Below, piece after piece: positions 1 through 11,800 of a stretch of 64,000 nucleotides of DNA (position 1 is its first letter; every line of letters begins with the position of its first letter). The DNA comes from Paramecium tetraurelia. Lineage: Eukaryota. Where the stretch lies: the NCBI GenBank assembly GCA_000165425.1, contig CT868680.1, positions 200,108 through 264,107 of the forward strand. Reading direction: 5' to 3'. The notes below the pieces were generated by a model, which saw nothing but the letters and a program-made list of their open reading frames with translations, was not told the origin of the DNA and searched no databases. A program made the position numbers and the translations under genes.

Positions 1-127
1 TATTGTTACACAAGGTGTAAAATGTTTGAGTGAGTTTATTTAATATTCAAATGGAAGGTGAAATAAATTGAATTAATGAAGAATGGTTTATACAATGAAT
101 TCATTTACTATTATTGAATGAATAATA

Positions 128-1351
128 TCAAAATGCTCCCTTGAGTTGGGATTTGACATAATCGGTGAATCTTGGTTGGTTTAATAAGTCCAAGGCTTAA
201 TGGGCAGCATTCAATTCCTTATTGTATTCTGAAACGGTGGCATTGTAGACATCAGTTGCAAAGGCGTAGTCGTCGTTTTCTGCTTACAATTATCCATTCA
301 AAGTATCCAAATCAGCATGTAAGACATCGATCAAATCAAGGGTTTACTCAATCTTGTCTAGAAGTCAATAGTAAGATGTGCTTACTTGCATTAGCCTCGA
401 TTTCAGCAGTCTTGACAACAACAGCTCTTTGGAATTCAGCGTGTTCTTGGTTTAATTAGATAACTCTTGCTTCGAAGTCTTTTTAAGCTTCAGCTTCGTC
501 AGCAGTGAGTTGATTGAGGGAGTCAACCAATTGGACTCTCAAATTATTGAATGCAGTAAGAATCTAGGGCGAGTTAATAAGGATTGGTTACTTCTCTAAG
601 AGCACCTTGATCAGCGAAGTTTGCTTCAACAGCGATTTCTAAGAGAGTCTTGATGAAGGTTTAGAAGGTGCTGTGTCTCTTGAGGGATTGTTGGATTTTG
701 GTCAAATTCTTTTAGACCTTTTGGATTTGGACAAGGGATGGTGATTCCAATTGACTGAGCAATTATAAGGATTCATCGATGGCACTGATGGCTTCATTGT
801 GTTCAGCAACTTGAGATTCAAACTCAGCATGATCATTAGCTCTTTAGACTGTAGCCTCGTTAAGTGTTCTTCTGTTTTAAGCGATGTTTTCTTATAATTA
901 TTCAAGTTGAGCAGCAAATCTGTCTCTTTATGGGATTAAGACATTATCATAGAAATCGTGAGCATTGAAGACCTCTAGAAGGGAATAGAGTTTATAGGGT
1001 TACCTCTTTCTTTGTCTTGGATTTCTTATTCAAGTCTTGATACTTCTCTGTTGTGAACATCTGTTCTTCTTGCATATTAGTGATGGACTTCTGCTAATTC
1101 CTCATCCAATTCATCAATCTAGAGGAATTAATGAAAAAAGGCATTACAAGTTTGGCAATTTCGGTGTTTAATTCTGCAAGGATACCTCCTGTTTATAAAT
1201 GGAGTTCACCAAAGTTCAAAATGAAGTTTCCCCAACCGGATTACTTGATTTGGGCAAAGGCTTTTTGGTCATGACTTGTCCAAACTGAGTTGGTGACATC
1301 AATTGCTGTAACGCTAAGGATAAGCAATGTGCAGACTGCTAATTTATACAT
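128..1351 (-). CDS. TMP1: Trichocyst matrix protein, T1 family precursor
   Basis: Code-6 translation [56 protein letters not shown]...[13 protein letters not shown] matches my recollection of Paramecium T1 TMP. Four 28-29 nt introns (358-385, 564-591, 975-1003, 1119-1147). Confidence 0.93.
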
Positions 1352-1403
1352 TTATTGTTATTAATAATGAAGGCAACACCAGATAATTAGTGTTAAAAAT
1401 TCC

Positions 1404-1452
1404 AAAAACGAATTTTATTTTTATATTATTAATTTAATTATTATATATACTC
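1404..1452 (-). promoter_or_regulatory. Candidate TMP upstream element (GAGTAT ... CGTTTTT)
   Basis: Minus-strand GAGTAT (1447-1452) then CGTTTTT (1404-1410) upstream of the TMP1 ATG at 1351. Confidence 0.3.
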
Positions 1453-1501
1453 TTTCTCAGTACAGATCAAATGTTTAAATTTGATAAATATATATAAAAA
1501 A

Positions 1502-2496
1502 TCAAGTCAGAGAATGCGTATCTTTTCGATCAGCAATGTTTAGTTGTATTGATTCAAAAATGTAATGGTTTACAGATTCTTCTTCTTAAGATTCTAATCG
1601 GTAATATCTGTCTTTTTCATCTCCTGAAACTAAAAAACTCAATAAACAATATACCTGTCCAATTAATTAAAGTCCATTATTGTTATTGTAATTACCGAAT
1701 CCTCTAATTAATCCTTTATGAAATTGACCTGAGTAGTAACTACCGTCACTCCATGTAAATATTCCGTCTCCTTCAAATTTATTATTTTGAAAGAATCCTT
1801 CATATCTGAAAAAATTTTTAAAAGATTTTATACTTGCATCTGTCAGCAAACATTTATATGCCTCTCCCTTCCTTCCTACCAGCCCAAAATTATCCTTAAT
1901 AAGTAGTACCGTCACTCCTTAACTCTTATCCCTCTCCCTGAAGCTGATTATTGATCCAGATTCCTTAAATAGATTACCCAAGTTTATACCTTTTACAACC
2001 TTTTTCTCAGATTTAAACATACCATAACCAATCGTCGTCCCTTATGAGAAATAAGCTTCAAAACTACTATATTATTACAATAAATACACGTCTCCGTTAG
2101 CATAAAACATGGTGCACACACCTTCCAGTAAGTCATTTTACCAAGTCCTAAGAAAACTTAAATCTTCATTTATACCCTTTTAATAAATTTCCAATTTTAG
2201 GCCACAGCTAAATTCCTTCTCCATGTTTTAGGCTTCCCTCCATCAAACCAAAGTATATGCTTTCATCATTTTATTTCGAAAGTTAGAAGTTTGAGCTGGG
2301 TTTGAAATTTTCTAATTTTTTATTTTATATGAACTGGCAATCCACTCAAAAGCTCCTTCAAACGAGAATCTAAAAGTGGACTTTGACTTCTTGAAGTATC
2401 ATCGTCAGCTACCATTCATTTTATACTCTTACTCTCACTCAAATGTAAAGATGCGAATTTCTAAATGAAATATTCCGATGGTATCTATTAATTCAT
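1502..2496 (-). CDS. MORN-repeat protein
   Basis: Repeats such as YEGFFQNNKFEGDGIFTWSDGSYYSGQFHKGLIRGFG; several small introns; ends approximate. Confidence 0.8.
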
Positions 2497-3551
2497 GTAT
2501 ATGTTATTATTGAGATATTATAATTAATGAAAAAAAGAAAAAACATTCTTTTAGTTTAATTTAATACAATAGAAATGTCACAAAAAAAGTATTTCAAAAA
2601 TTCTGATCCTTCCATTTTCTAGTACTGTAATCATTTAAAAATATTCCCATCATTCCATCCATGCAAAATTCCTAACCTCCCCCAATTTTTGAACTTCATC
2701 CAAAGCCAGTTTTCTCTGCCCATTATTTATTAGATTAACTTCTCACTTTGATTAACCAGAATTTTTCATTATTAATAAATAAATAAATAATTTTCTTCTG
2801 TAGAAACTTCTAAGCAACGATTCCAAAAACAAAAGTTTATAATTCATCATGATCCCATTTAAAAAAACTTCTTCTGTCTCACATGTTTGCTAATTAAATA
2901 TTTAGGATTAGTTTTAAAAAAATAAATATTATTATATTTAAGTTACAAATTCATCGCTAAAATTTATCATTAATTGATATTTTTCAAAAAACCAATACAA
3001 AATTTAATAATTCGTATATTTTGAAATTATTTCAGAAAATTTAAGAATTTTTAATCAAAAAATCCTCAAAATATAACTCTTATTTTGATTTTTCTTGTGA
3101 AAAAATTATGATAATTAAGTTTTCGGCTAAGATAATCCAAAAAATGGGATTATTCTCAAGAAAGGAAGCAACCCCAGAAATGCGAGAATTATTTGTATTG
3201 TGAAAAATAGAAAAATATTCATTTTCTTCTTTCTAAAATTCAAATTGTAGCATCAAAAAGCAGCTACAAATGGAAAGAACTCAAATTGAAGTGCTTTAAA
3301 ATATCCTGTATTGATAATTAATCATCATTTGGAAAGTAATGTGGCATTCTAGAACATTATAAATTTATTCTAATATAAAAATGTTATTTTATATTTATGT
3401 ACCTGAAGTAAGAAAAATAATAAAACTCATATTAAAATCAATACACTTTAAATTCACATAGCATTGTAGGGTCTATTTCACAGAGGTGGAAACTTTACAA
3501 GCTTTAACATAAATTAAAATAAATAGATAAACAATATTAAGAAATTCTTAA

Positions 3552-4170
3552 TCATTCTGGAGTTAATAATAATTTTTCTTGATTTATCTTATGATTCATT
3601 CGATGCCTCGAGTAATCCTGTTTTAATTTTTCCGTTTAATTATTATTCGGCAAGGCTTTGTAAAATCTTTCACATTCCTCGCATTAATGGGCATCCATTT
3701 ATTATCTTTCTTTTCTATTTTTAACGACTTCTCTAAACACCTTCTCCTTTGGAAGTTCGACCTCAGTCTAAATAGAAAACTTCTTCTATTCTTCATTAGT
3801 TTTTTATAATTTATGGGTTTTGGATGATTGAGTTTACCTATCTTCGAATATTTCAAAAAAATTTGGTTATAAAATTTTAGCTGATTTTGGTTGATTATCG
3901 ATAAGAAGTAAATCATTAAGTTTTTACTATTTATTTTATTCGACCAAACTACCCATCATTTTCATAAGAGCTTAAAAAACAGTGGCTTGGGTATTGTGTA
4001 GAATGGATATATGGCAGAATAGTTGAAACACAGAATGATATGTGAAATCTAATTGATCAGCCTATTTAAGTAAATTAGTGTACTAATATTATATCAAGAT
4101 GTTTTTACAAAGAGGAGTAGATGGATTTTTCTTTTTCCATGAACTCTTGAAATTGAGGAGCGAAAAACAT
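3552..4170 (-). CDS. CtIP: Miniature CtIP/Sae2/Ctp1 DNA end-resection factor (198 aa)
   Basis: ATG at 4170, 22-nt intron 4062-4083, TGA at 3552-3554, giving 198 aa. C-terminus FREVVKNRKERQQMDAHQCEECERFY...SRHR...TPE carries the CxxC and RHR motifs of the Sae2/CtIP domain. Confidence 0.9.
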
Positions 4171-4200
4171 TTGGTTGATTTAAATTATATATATATTTAT

Positions 4201-5487
4201 TCAATATTCAAAGTAAAAATCTAAGAGCTATTAAGCCATTTCTTTGAGTTACTTGTTGGCATCTAGAGAGTACCTTTCCAAAGTTGATTTATATTATTCA
4301 TTGCAAATAATTGAAAAAAGTTATATGTTTGAACAACGAGCGATTGAATTAGAAATGCATTTCAGGGCTAAATAATTTATAATGATTTAAATATTAGATC
4401 CTAAGAGATTAAACAATTATTCAATAATATATTGGGATTTGATTGCCAACCTTACTATGCTTTCATCCCTAAGAAGCAAATCCAAAATTTTGAGCACTTC
4501 AATTTACCCCTCGATAGAAATATTGTATAGTAACTTCACTAAATCCTCAACCACATATGAAAAATAAGTATTATCTCTCTCAAAAATTGAAATACACAGT
4601 TAAGCAGAGACCACCAATGTCTTTTCATGTCTATTCATATTTATCAATAAAATAGACATTAATTCCTGGTTTACAATTTGATAAAACTTATAATCTTCTT
4701 AGTTATCACTAATTTATTTGATAAAATAGTAAATAGTTAGTAACAGATATTGGCATGAAATATGATCTACTCCTTATTGTTTCAGGAAATATAGGATACA
4801 TTTCCAGGGTCTTCTTCCTTCATCATCTAATTAATTAATGGTATCCCAATAAAACTAAAAATTTTCAGGAAATTTTTGGATGATTTATGGGAAAATCCTA
4901 GCTGATTATGATAGTGTGCTATTTCGAGATTCTATGACTTCCTTACAACATAGAACATAAATCTACTTAAGACAAAGAAAGGGAGTATGTTATGACACGG
5001 ATAGGATGTAAAGGAACTCCCAAAACATAATAATATTGGCATCCATTAATTTGTCATTGAGGTAATTTATGAATTACATTAATCTATCAGTTTAGGTTTG
5101 ATCGCTAAAGATGTGATTAACAATTATTGGTTCGCTGAATAGATTATACATCACTAGCAAAGTCAAGTTGAGGTCCAAGTTGGGAGATTTAAGCAATTCA
5201 TACACATTTTTATTGATTAGTGTGATTTTATTCTGGACATCAAGTTCTTGAATTAAGGAGAGTAGCATTTCAATTTTGGAGTTGGTTGGGTTATGAAGAA
5301 TTTGTTGGATCTAATTTTCAATTTGATGTGTAAAATTGAGCTCAAATTGGATGGAGTTATTTTGTGTTGATGATTGTTAGTTTTGAGGGATAGTAAAAGC
5401 TCTTTTGAGTTTAAATTACTTCTCTAAGTTTTGTTTACGAATTTCGATTCTAAATTGTTCTCGTCTGGTTATAATAATGTCATTCAT
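4201..5487 (-). CDS. Divergent importin-alpha-like / ARM-helical protein (428 aa)
   Basis: Intronless code-6 ORF of 429 codons; N-terminal IBB-like RREQFRIEIRKQNLEKQFKLKR followed by Leu-rich helical segments. Confidence 0.65.
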
Positions 5488-5554
5488 TATATTAATAATG
5501 TCATATTCACAAGTTCATTTTAGTGATATGTAATCAACCTTCATTAGCAACTAT

Positions 5555-6904
5555 ATGGAGATGGAGGAGCCAGTCTAGGAGAAGGAATAGTAACTGAATT
5601 GGTGCTAACGTACCTTTGGTCCTCTGAAAAAGGGGGGAATAAGAATGAGTATTATCAGTTTGTTGGCTCCGTGTTTGGGTGTTGGTATGTTGGGTTTGCC
5701 ATGTATAAAAATTGAGTTGTATTTAAGATAGAGCAAAGGAATAAGGACTCATAACTGAATTGCTGTTGATTGCACTTTGTGGAATAATCTCATGTGTATC
5801 GATGCATATTTTAAGTTGGAGTGCAGGTGATTTGCAATGTTCATCATTTAGTGAACTAATTCAGATGAGTTTGGGGAACAAGATGAAGAGATTATTTGAA
5901 ATATTAACTATCTGTTATTGTCTATTGGGAATTACATAACTCTAGATCTCTTTTCAATTATTTATATATGAACTTTTCAGATATTTTGAGATTGCTGTTG
6001 ATCAAAGAGAATTGGCAATAATAGTCCAATTGATATTCATAATACCGAACCTTTTGATATCTTTTCAGAAGACTCTATTCAAATTAAGATACTTCTCGTT
6101 GGTAGGCGTAATATCTGTGATATACATAACCTTCCTTACCTCACTTGATTACTTTGTTAGAGGTTCATACAGTGATGATATTAAAATCAAATTGATAGAC
6201 GTGGATTTCAAGATATTCACTACTTTTGCAATGACATTCTTCTGTTACATATGTCATCTGTTTATATTCCCAATAAGAAAGGAATTGCATAACCCAACAA
6301 TCTCTCGTTAGTCCAAAATATGGAAAAGACAAACTCTAATTTGTTATATAGTTTATTCGATAATTTGCATATGTGGCTACTTAAGATTTGGGGATGACAC
6401 AAAAGCATGGGTTATCAATAATTATCATGGAGATCTCTTTTTTATGGGTAAGTTGGGAATGTCTTTTGCTTTATTCTTCGCGGTCCCTTTGAACATTTTG
6501 GCATGCAGATAAATTATACATGATATGTTGCTATCAGATGAAATGGAATACCAAATCAAACATAAGAGTCTGAGGATTTAAGCCCAAGATGGGAAGATTA
6601 CTTTTGAAGTTGATAGTGTTGATTCTTTCAGATCCAAGATTCATATCTACTCAACCTTGTTACTGCAATTTGGTAGTGCTATTCTTGCTCTGATTTTACC
6701 CAATATCAAGTAGTTTCATATTGTATTATTGCAAGTCGCTATGTCACAGTGTTAGGAGGACTCTTGGGTACAACTATGGTTTGTCTTATTCCTGTTCTGA
6801 TCTACTTAAGGGAATATAGGGATAAGTTGAATTACTACATAGTCATTTTAGAAATCACAGGAGTTGTGTTTGGTTGGATTGGAGCTGTTTATGGTTAATT
6901 TTGA
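5555..6904 (+). CDS. Amino acid transporter (Aa_trans/SLC38-like)
   Basis: GGIRMSIISLLAPCLGVGMLGLP, FCYICHLFIFPIRKEL, GYLRFGDDT and multiple TM helices; small introns. Confidence 0.85.
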
Positions 6905-6998
6905 TAGGAAATAGTTTTATACAATTTTTCATCGCTTATCATCGTAAAATTATTCATTTAAGTTCGATTTCATTTTTATTAATTGTATAATTAACCCA

Positions 6999-8851
6999 AT
7001 GATTTATGATGCCAAAATCATCGGGGTTGAGACCCATTCTGATAATGTTTTGTACAAAATGCGTATAATAAATTCGCAGACTCTAGAGTATAGGGAAATT
7101 CGAGTTAGGTATGGTTTCTTATCAGAATTGCATTCCCAATTGCAAGATTTAAACCAAGATTATCAAGTATGTTTAGGTTTCAATTTAAGTTACCCCAATT
7201 TCCGAAGAAGGAGTTCTTATATTCCATCTTTAGAGAAAATGCATTTATTAAACAAAGTGAACAAATGATTGCCGAATATCTATCTTAATTGATAAAAGCA
7301 CCACCTCCCATATGTAAGCCATTGTTGGAGTTCTTAAGAGAGGGAGTAGATGCTGTTAGATAGAAGGAATTGTCAAGAGAAATATCGTCTAAGTCAGAAC
7401 TCTTAAAATTGATTAAACCTGAAAAAGTCCTTAAGAAATCATGTTTTGGTAAAACTACACTTTGCTCACTCTAAGGAAAGAAGGTGATTTTGCATAAATT
7501 CTATGTTCTTAGACATTAAAGCGAATAATTTTTTGGACATTATTTTGATACGCATTTATATTTCACAGATTTCACTTTCATTTGCAAAGTTATTCATATC
7601 TTCTTTTTGCATTAAAAACTCAATTTTATGGATAGTATGTTTGGATCAACTAAACAGCCAAGGTCCTGTAAGTCATAGCATTTTGCACATTTCTTCTCAT
7701 CCTAATATAAATAGGATGTAGTTAAATTGCACTCTATTGAAGTTTATGAAGGTCAAAACTTGGAGGAGATTATCAAAGAGAAAAGAATCAAAAAAACTCC
7801 ATTCACCAATATTGAACTTGGCAATTTAATCCAAAAATTATTGGATGCATTAGTGTTCTTACACAATAACCAATGCTATGGTAATAGAGTAACTGCAACC
7901 TCCATCATTATCAATCAAGACAATCTCAAATTAACTGGAATTCAAGAACCCAACGAAAGATACAAGGATAAATACTTAATTGATGGACTCGCCTTTAGAA
8001 CTGAATAAGAATATGACACCATATACTTTCCACCTGAGAAACTGAATTAAACCCAATATAATTCAAAAATGGCTGATACTTGGCAATTTGGAGTCTGTAT
8101 TGTCAAGGCAGCTCTCCTTTGCACTAATCGAGAATTGGAAGGGATTCATTAACCTAACATAGTCCATGATCTGATTTCAGAAATCAAAAGTCAATATGGG
8201 TAATGAAACTTATTTTTAATTTAGATAAGTGATGAAATAGCCAATATCTTAATGTTAAGTCTGAAAAATTCCATTCAACAACGAGCATCAATCAAAGACC
8301 TCCATTCCTTGGCTTCCCAAAGTTCTGTTATCCCATTTTAGAAGTTATTCTTGAATCAAAATCAAGATCCACCTATTACCTTCATAAGACTCAATTCTTT
8401 AAACAATGAAGAACAACAAAGACTCACAGATTAACTCTCAAAATCAACTATGTTATCAATCAAAATTAACTTATACGATCAGGAAGTCGATAATAAGGAA
8501 TTTGATAAATTGATGTAATTATTGGGTGATTTCGCAATAATTAGAGACATCGAAATAATATTGAATAAGTACTTATATGATTTGATATATCTTAGGACAA
8601 GGAAGGCTAATGTAAGTAGTATTCTCAGCAGTTTGGCATCGATAAAATCATTGATAAATTTGAACTTAGATTTAAAGGGATTGGAGATAGATTAGAATGA
8701 CATCATCTATGGAATCTCAATATTGAAATAAATGACAATGATGTAACGGTTTACTCTGGATTGTTCTAGCATGGACTTTATCAATTTTTTAAGAGCGGAA
8801 TTGGATGAAAAGACGAAAATGATTTTTTATCATGAATCATAATTAATTTGA
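6999..8851 (+). CDS. PX domain + kinase-like (pseudokinase) + LRR-like C-terminus
   Basis: PX-type start (VLYKMRI..VRYGFLSELHSQL..LPQFPKK). Kinase-fold motifs EVYEGQNLEEII, LVFLH, YFPPE, ADTWQFGV, but no HRD/DFG. C-terminal LxxLxL repeats. Confidence 0.7.
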
Positions 8852-8856
8852 TAATT

Positions 8857-11800
8857 TCATAGCAGTTCAACTGATTTGATAGCATTATGTCTGGATTACT
8901 TTCTATTTTTAATTTAATTCAGCATTTGGTTAACTGATTACATCTATTCCATAACATTCGACATCTAAAATATAAAGAAATAAACATACATCTGTAGACA
9001 GTCTTTCTATTCTTTTCGAGTCCTCTTCTTCTTCTGATTTAAGACCTTACAATTCTCTAGCTTTGTTGAATGGGAACCAAGTCAAGTCCTTGGTCTAAAT
9101 CTTCTCCCACACGTACTATTCAATTCCTGTGTAATCTGTGGGATCCTTGTATTTCAAGTACGCCATGAAGAATACATAATTCCACATGTAATGATTCACT
9201 TTGATGTGATGATCGAATCCTCCACCCATAGATGAACTATCCTGTAATCTATCGAAGGTAGTCTTCAGATTGCCGCAAATAAAACATTTATCTTCAATGT
9301 CTCGAATCTTATTGCTTTCTTCCTCTCTCAAAGATCCAAAGGTATCAATGATAATACCTGCAACTATATTCACCATAATAATCACTAAGAATATATTAGA
9401 TGTATTGTCAAACACAAATCTTCCCAACTGATATTTATCGATTTTGTTCTCGTCCTCCAAACCTGATAAATATCCTCCAACACCACCATTGGCTTTAAAT
9501 GTCCAATCAAATGTGAAAAGGAAGCAGAAGAGAGTTGATTGGCATTTGCCTTTGTAATCCTCAAAGAAGAAAGTGTAGGCGATGAGACCATACACGTATA
9601 CTAAAATGATAAACAGAACCAATGTGAGACCCAATTATTATTTGGGTTCCCATACTGATCTTATCACATTTTTCAAAGTTGGATACCTAATCAAAATCTC
9701 AGTTAAGTGGAAACTAAAGAAGAAGGGATGCAACACTGTCCCAATAACAGCCAAGGCTCCATATGCTAAGTAATACACCACTTCTATTTCTTTCAAAATG
9801 TAAAAGAGAACTGCCAACAACTTGAAGATCTTGTAAATCAATTGAATTGGCCAATAAGTAAATTTATCCTCAAATGGTAATTTCGTCTTCCAAGCCTTTC
9901 TAATGATTAAAGGGGCATTCTTAAACAAAAAGAAGGATACAACAAATATCGAACAACAAGCCATTATAGTTCCACATATGAGAAAGATATTTCTGGTCTA
10001 TTATGGAGAATATCTCTCGTCTCGAAATAATCTGAAATCTGTTAGTCTATTACCAGAATCATTCTTGGCAAATGATCCGATTATGAAAAGATTTAACAGT
10101 AAAGTAAATAAGAAAGCCAAGTCTTTCCATAATTTCACATAATTAGCAAACAAAGCCAAGAATTTCTATCTCTAGAAAATGCGTCTCAATTATTCCTCAT
10201 GTTCACAAATCTCTATCAATCTCTCCGATTCTTAAACTAAAAATTACACCTTTGATTTTGTCGATGATCTATCCACATTCTCATGAAATTCAACCTTCTA
10301 TTCTTTCGGTAAATTATTGGTGTAAGGAAGCAAAATAAAATACACTATCTCAATTTCATTGTTTCTAACTACCTCTATTGAAGCACTATTTTTATAGAAG
10401 AAATCAAATGCCCTCTTAATATACTTTTGTTTCTCTGCCTTCTTTTCTTCCTTCTACTCTGCATATTTCTCTTTGTTCAACTTGTCCAACTAATCGGGTC
10501 CTTGATTCTAATTGGCAATTTGTTTCTAAGCCTCCTTCTTGATTTGATTCATTAGATCAATCCAACTATTCGCAAATGACATTACAAAACTAACCAATTA
10601 GCCTATTATATTATCACCAAACAGCAAATCCTCCAAGGCTCCTTTGTCTTATTTTAACTTCTTCCTAGTGTTTGCTCTGTACATCTAAACAAATTGATTT
10701 TCAGCATTCTTATCTGATTCCATATAATAGCACATCAAGAAATAAATATAAAATCCTTTTTGCAAAATCAATTCATCTCTGGTATCGTCATTCTCCTTTG
10801 TATTTTCAGGATCCTCCTTTATATGATCCAGAACCTCAATCTAATATCCTTCCTTACACTGCTTCTCATATTTATCAAACGACTTCACCAAATGTTTTTA
10901 GAGAAGTGAAGGCGTAAGATGTCTCATGATTCTTTTGATAATTGGATTGGAATCTGAGATCTCTCTCATTTCAATCAATGATAGAATTAAGATCAAACAC
11001 TTTGTCTGCATTCTCTCGATTTACCATGGTTTCAAATCTGATCCATTCTATTGCTTTTAAAATCTGCTACTCTTGTACTTGTTGTTTTAAGTCTTAATAG
11101 TCCTGAAATTCGAACCCATGGTTTAAGCCTTGCCTGCGGATTTCTTATCTTTCCTGGAACCAAATAAATCTGAAGCGATTTCAAAAAATTTAGAATCAGC
11201 AACTGCCACCTAATTCTCAGGACACGGACCCTATACCAATTCATTGAGAGTGTCCAAACACAACACCATATTATCGTATTATGCTTTGTCCTTATAATAA
11301 TAGGTGAGCAACAATTCAGCAACCTAATTGATCATGTTATAGGAATTTCTAGAATTGGATTGTTGACGAATGTAATTTTGTAAATCCAAATAATGTCCCT
11401 CACAACAATTTTGAAGAAACTTCAACACTTGAGTCAGCAATAATTCAAGTTCCTGCTCTTATTACAATTCTTGGATGTTTGGTTCATCTGTTTACAACTA
11501 TAGATTTTACAGCTAGTCCTCATTCTTTTTATCCTTAGCCTTTATCGTAATCTGTTTGATTTAGGCTTGAATAACATTATTCAATCTACTGAAAATGACT
11601 TCACTTTTAGGATAGGTTTTCATAAATTCAGAAATGGTCTTCTGAACTTTATTGTTACCTCCAGAAAGAAGAGTATTTATAAACATAAGAAAGTGTCTCA
11701 ACATTTCACTATCTAGAGTGGTCGATTCACTTAGCACTGTCAATACCATTCTTGTAGCTCCCAATTTATTGAAGAGATTTTGCATTTCTTCCATTTCATT

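Noticed and set aside
2520..3500. Short coding-like patches between the MORN gene and CtIP
   Set aside because: No sustained frame or recognisable motif.
4200..5370. Possible plus-strand spliced gene with faint Rpp40 resemblance
   Set aside because: The minus strand holds an uninterrupted 429-codon ORF; the plus-strand model needs ad hoc introns.
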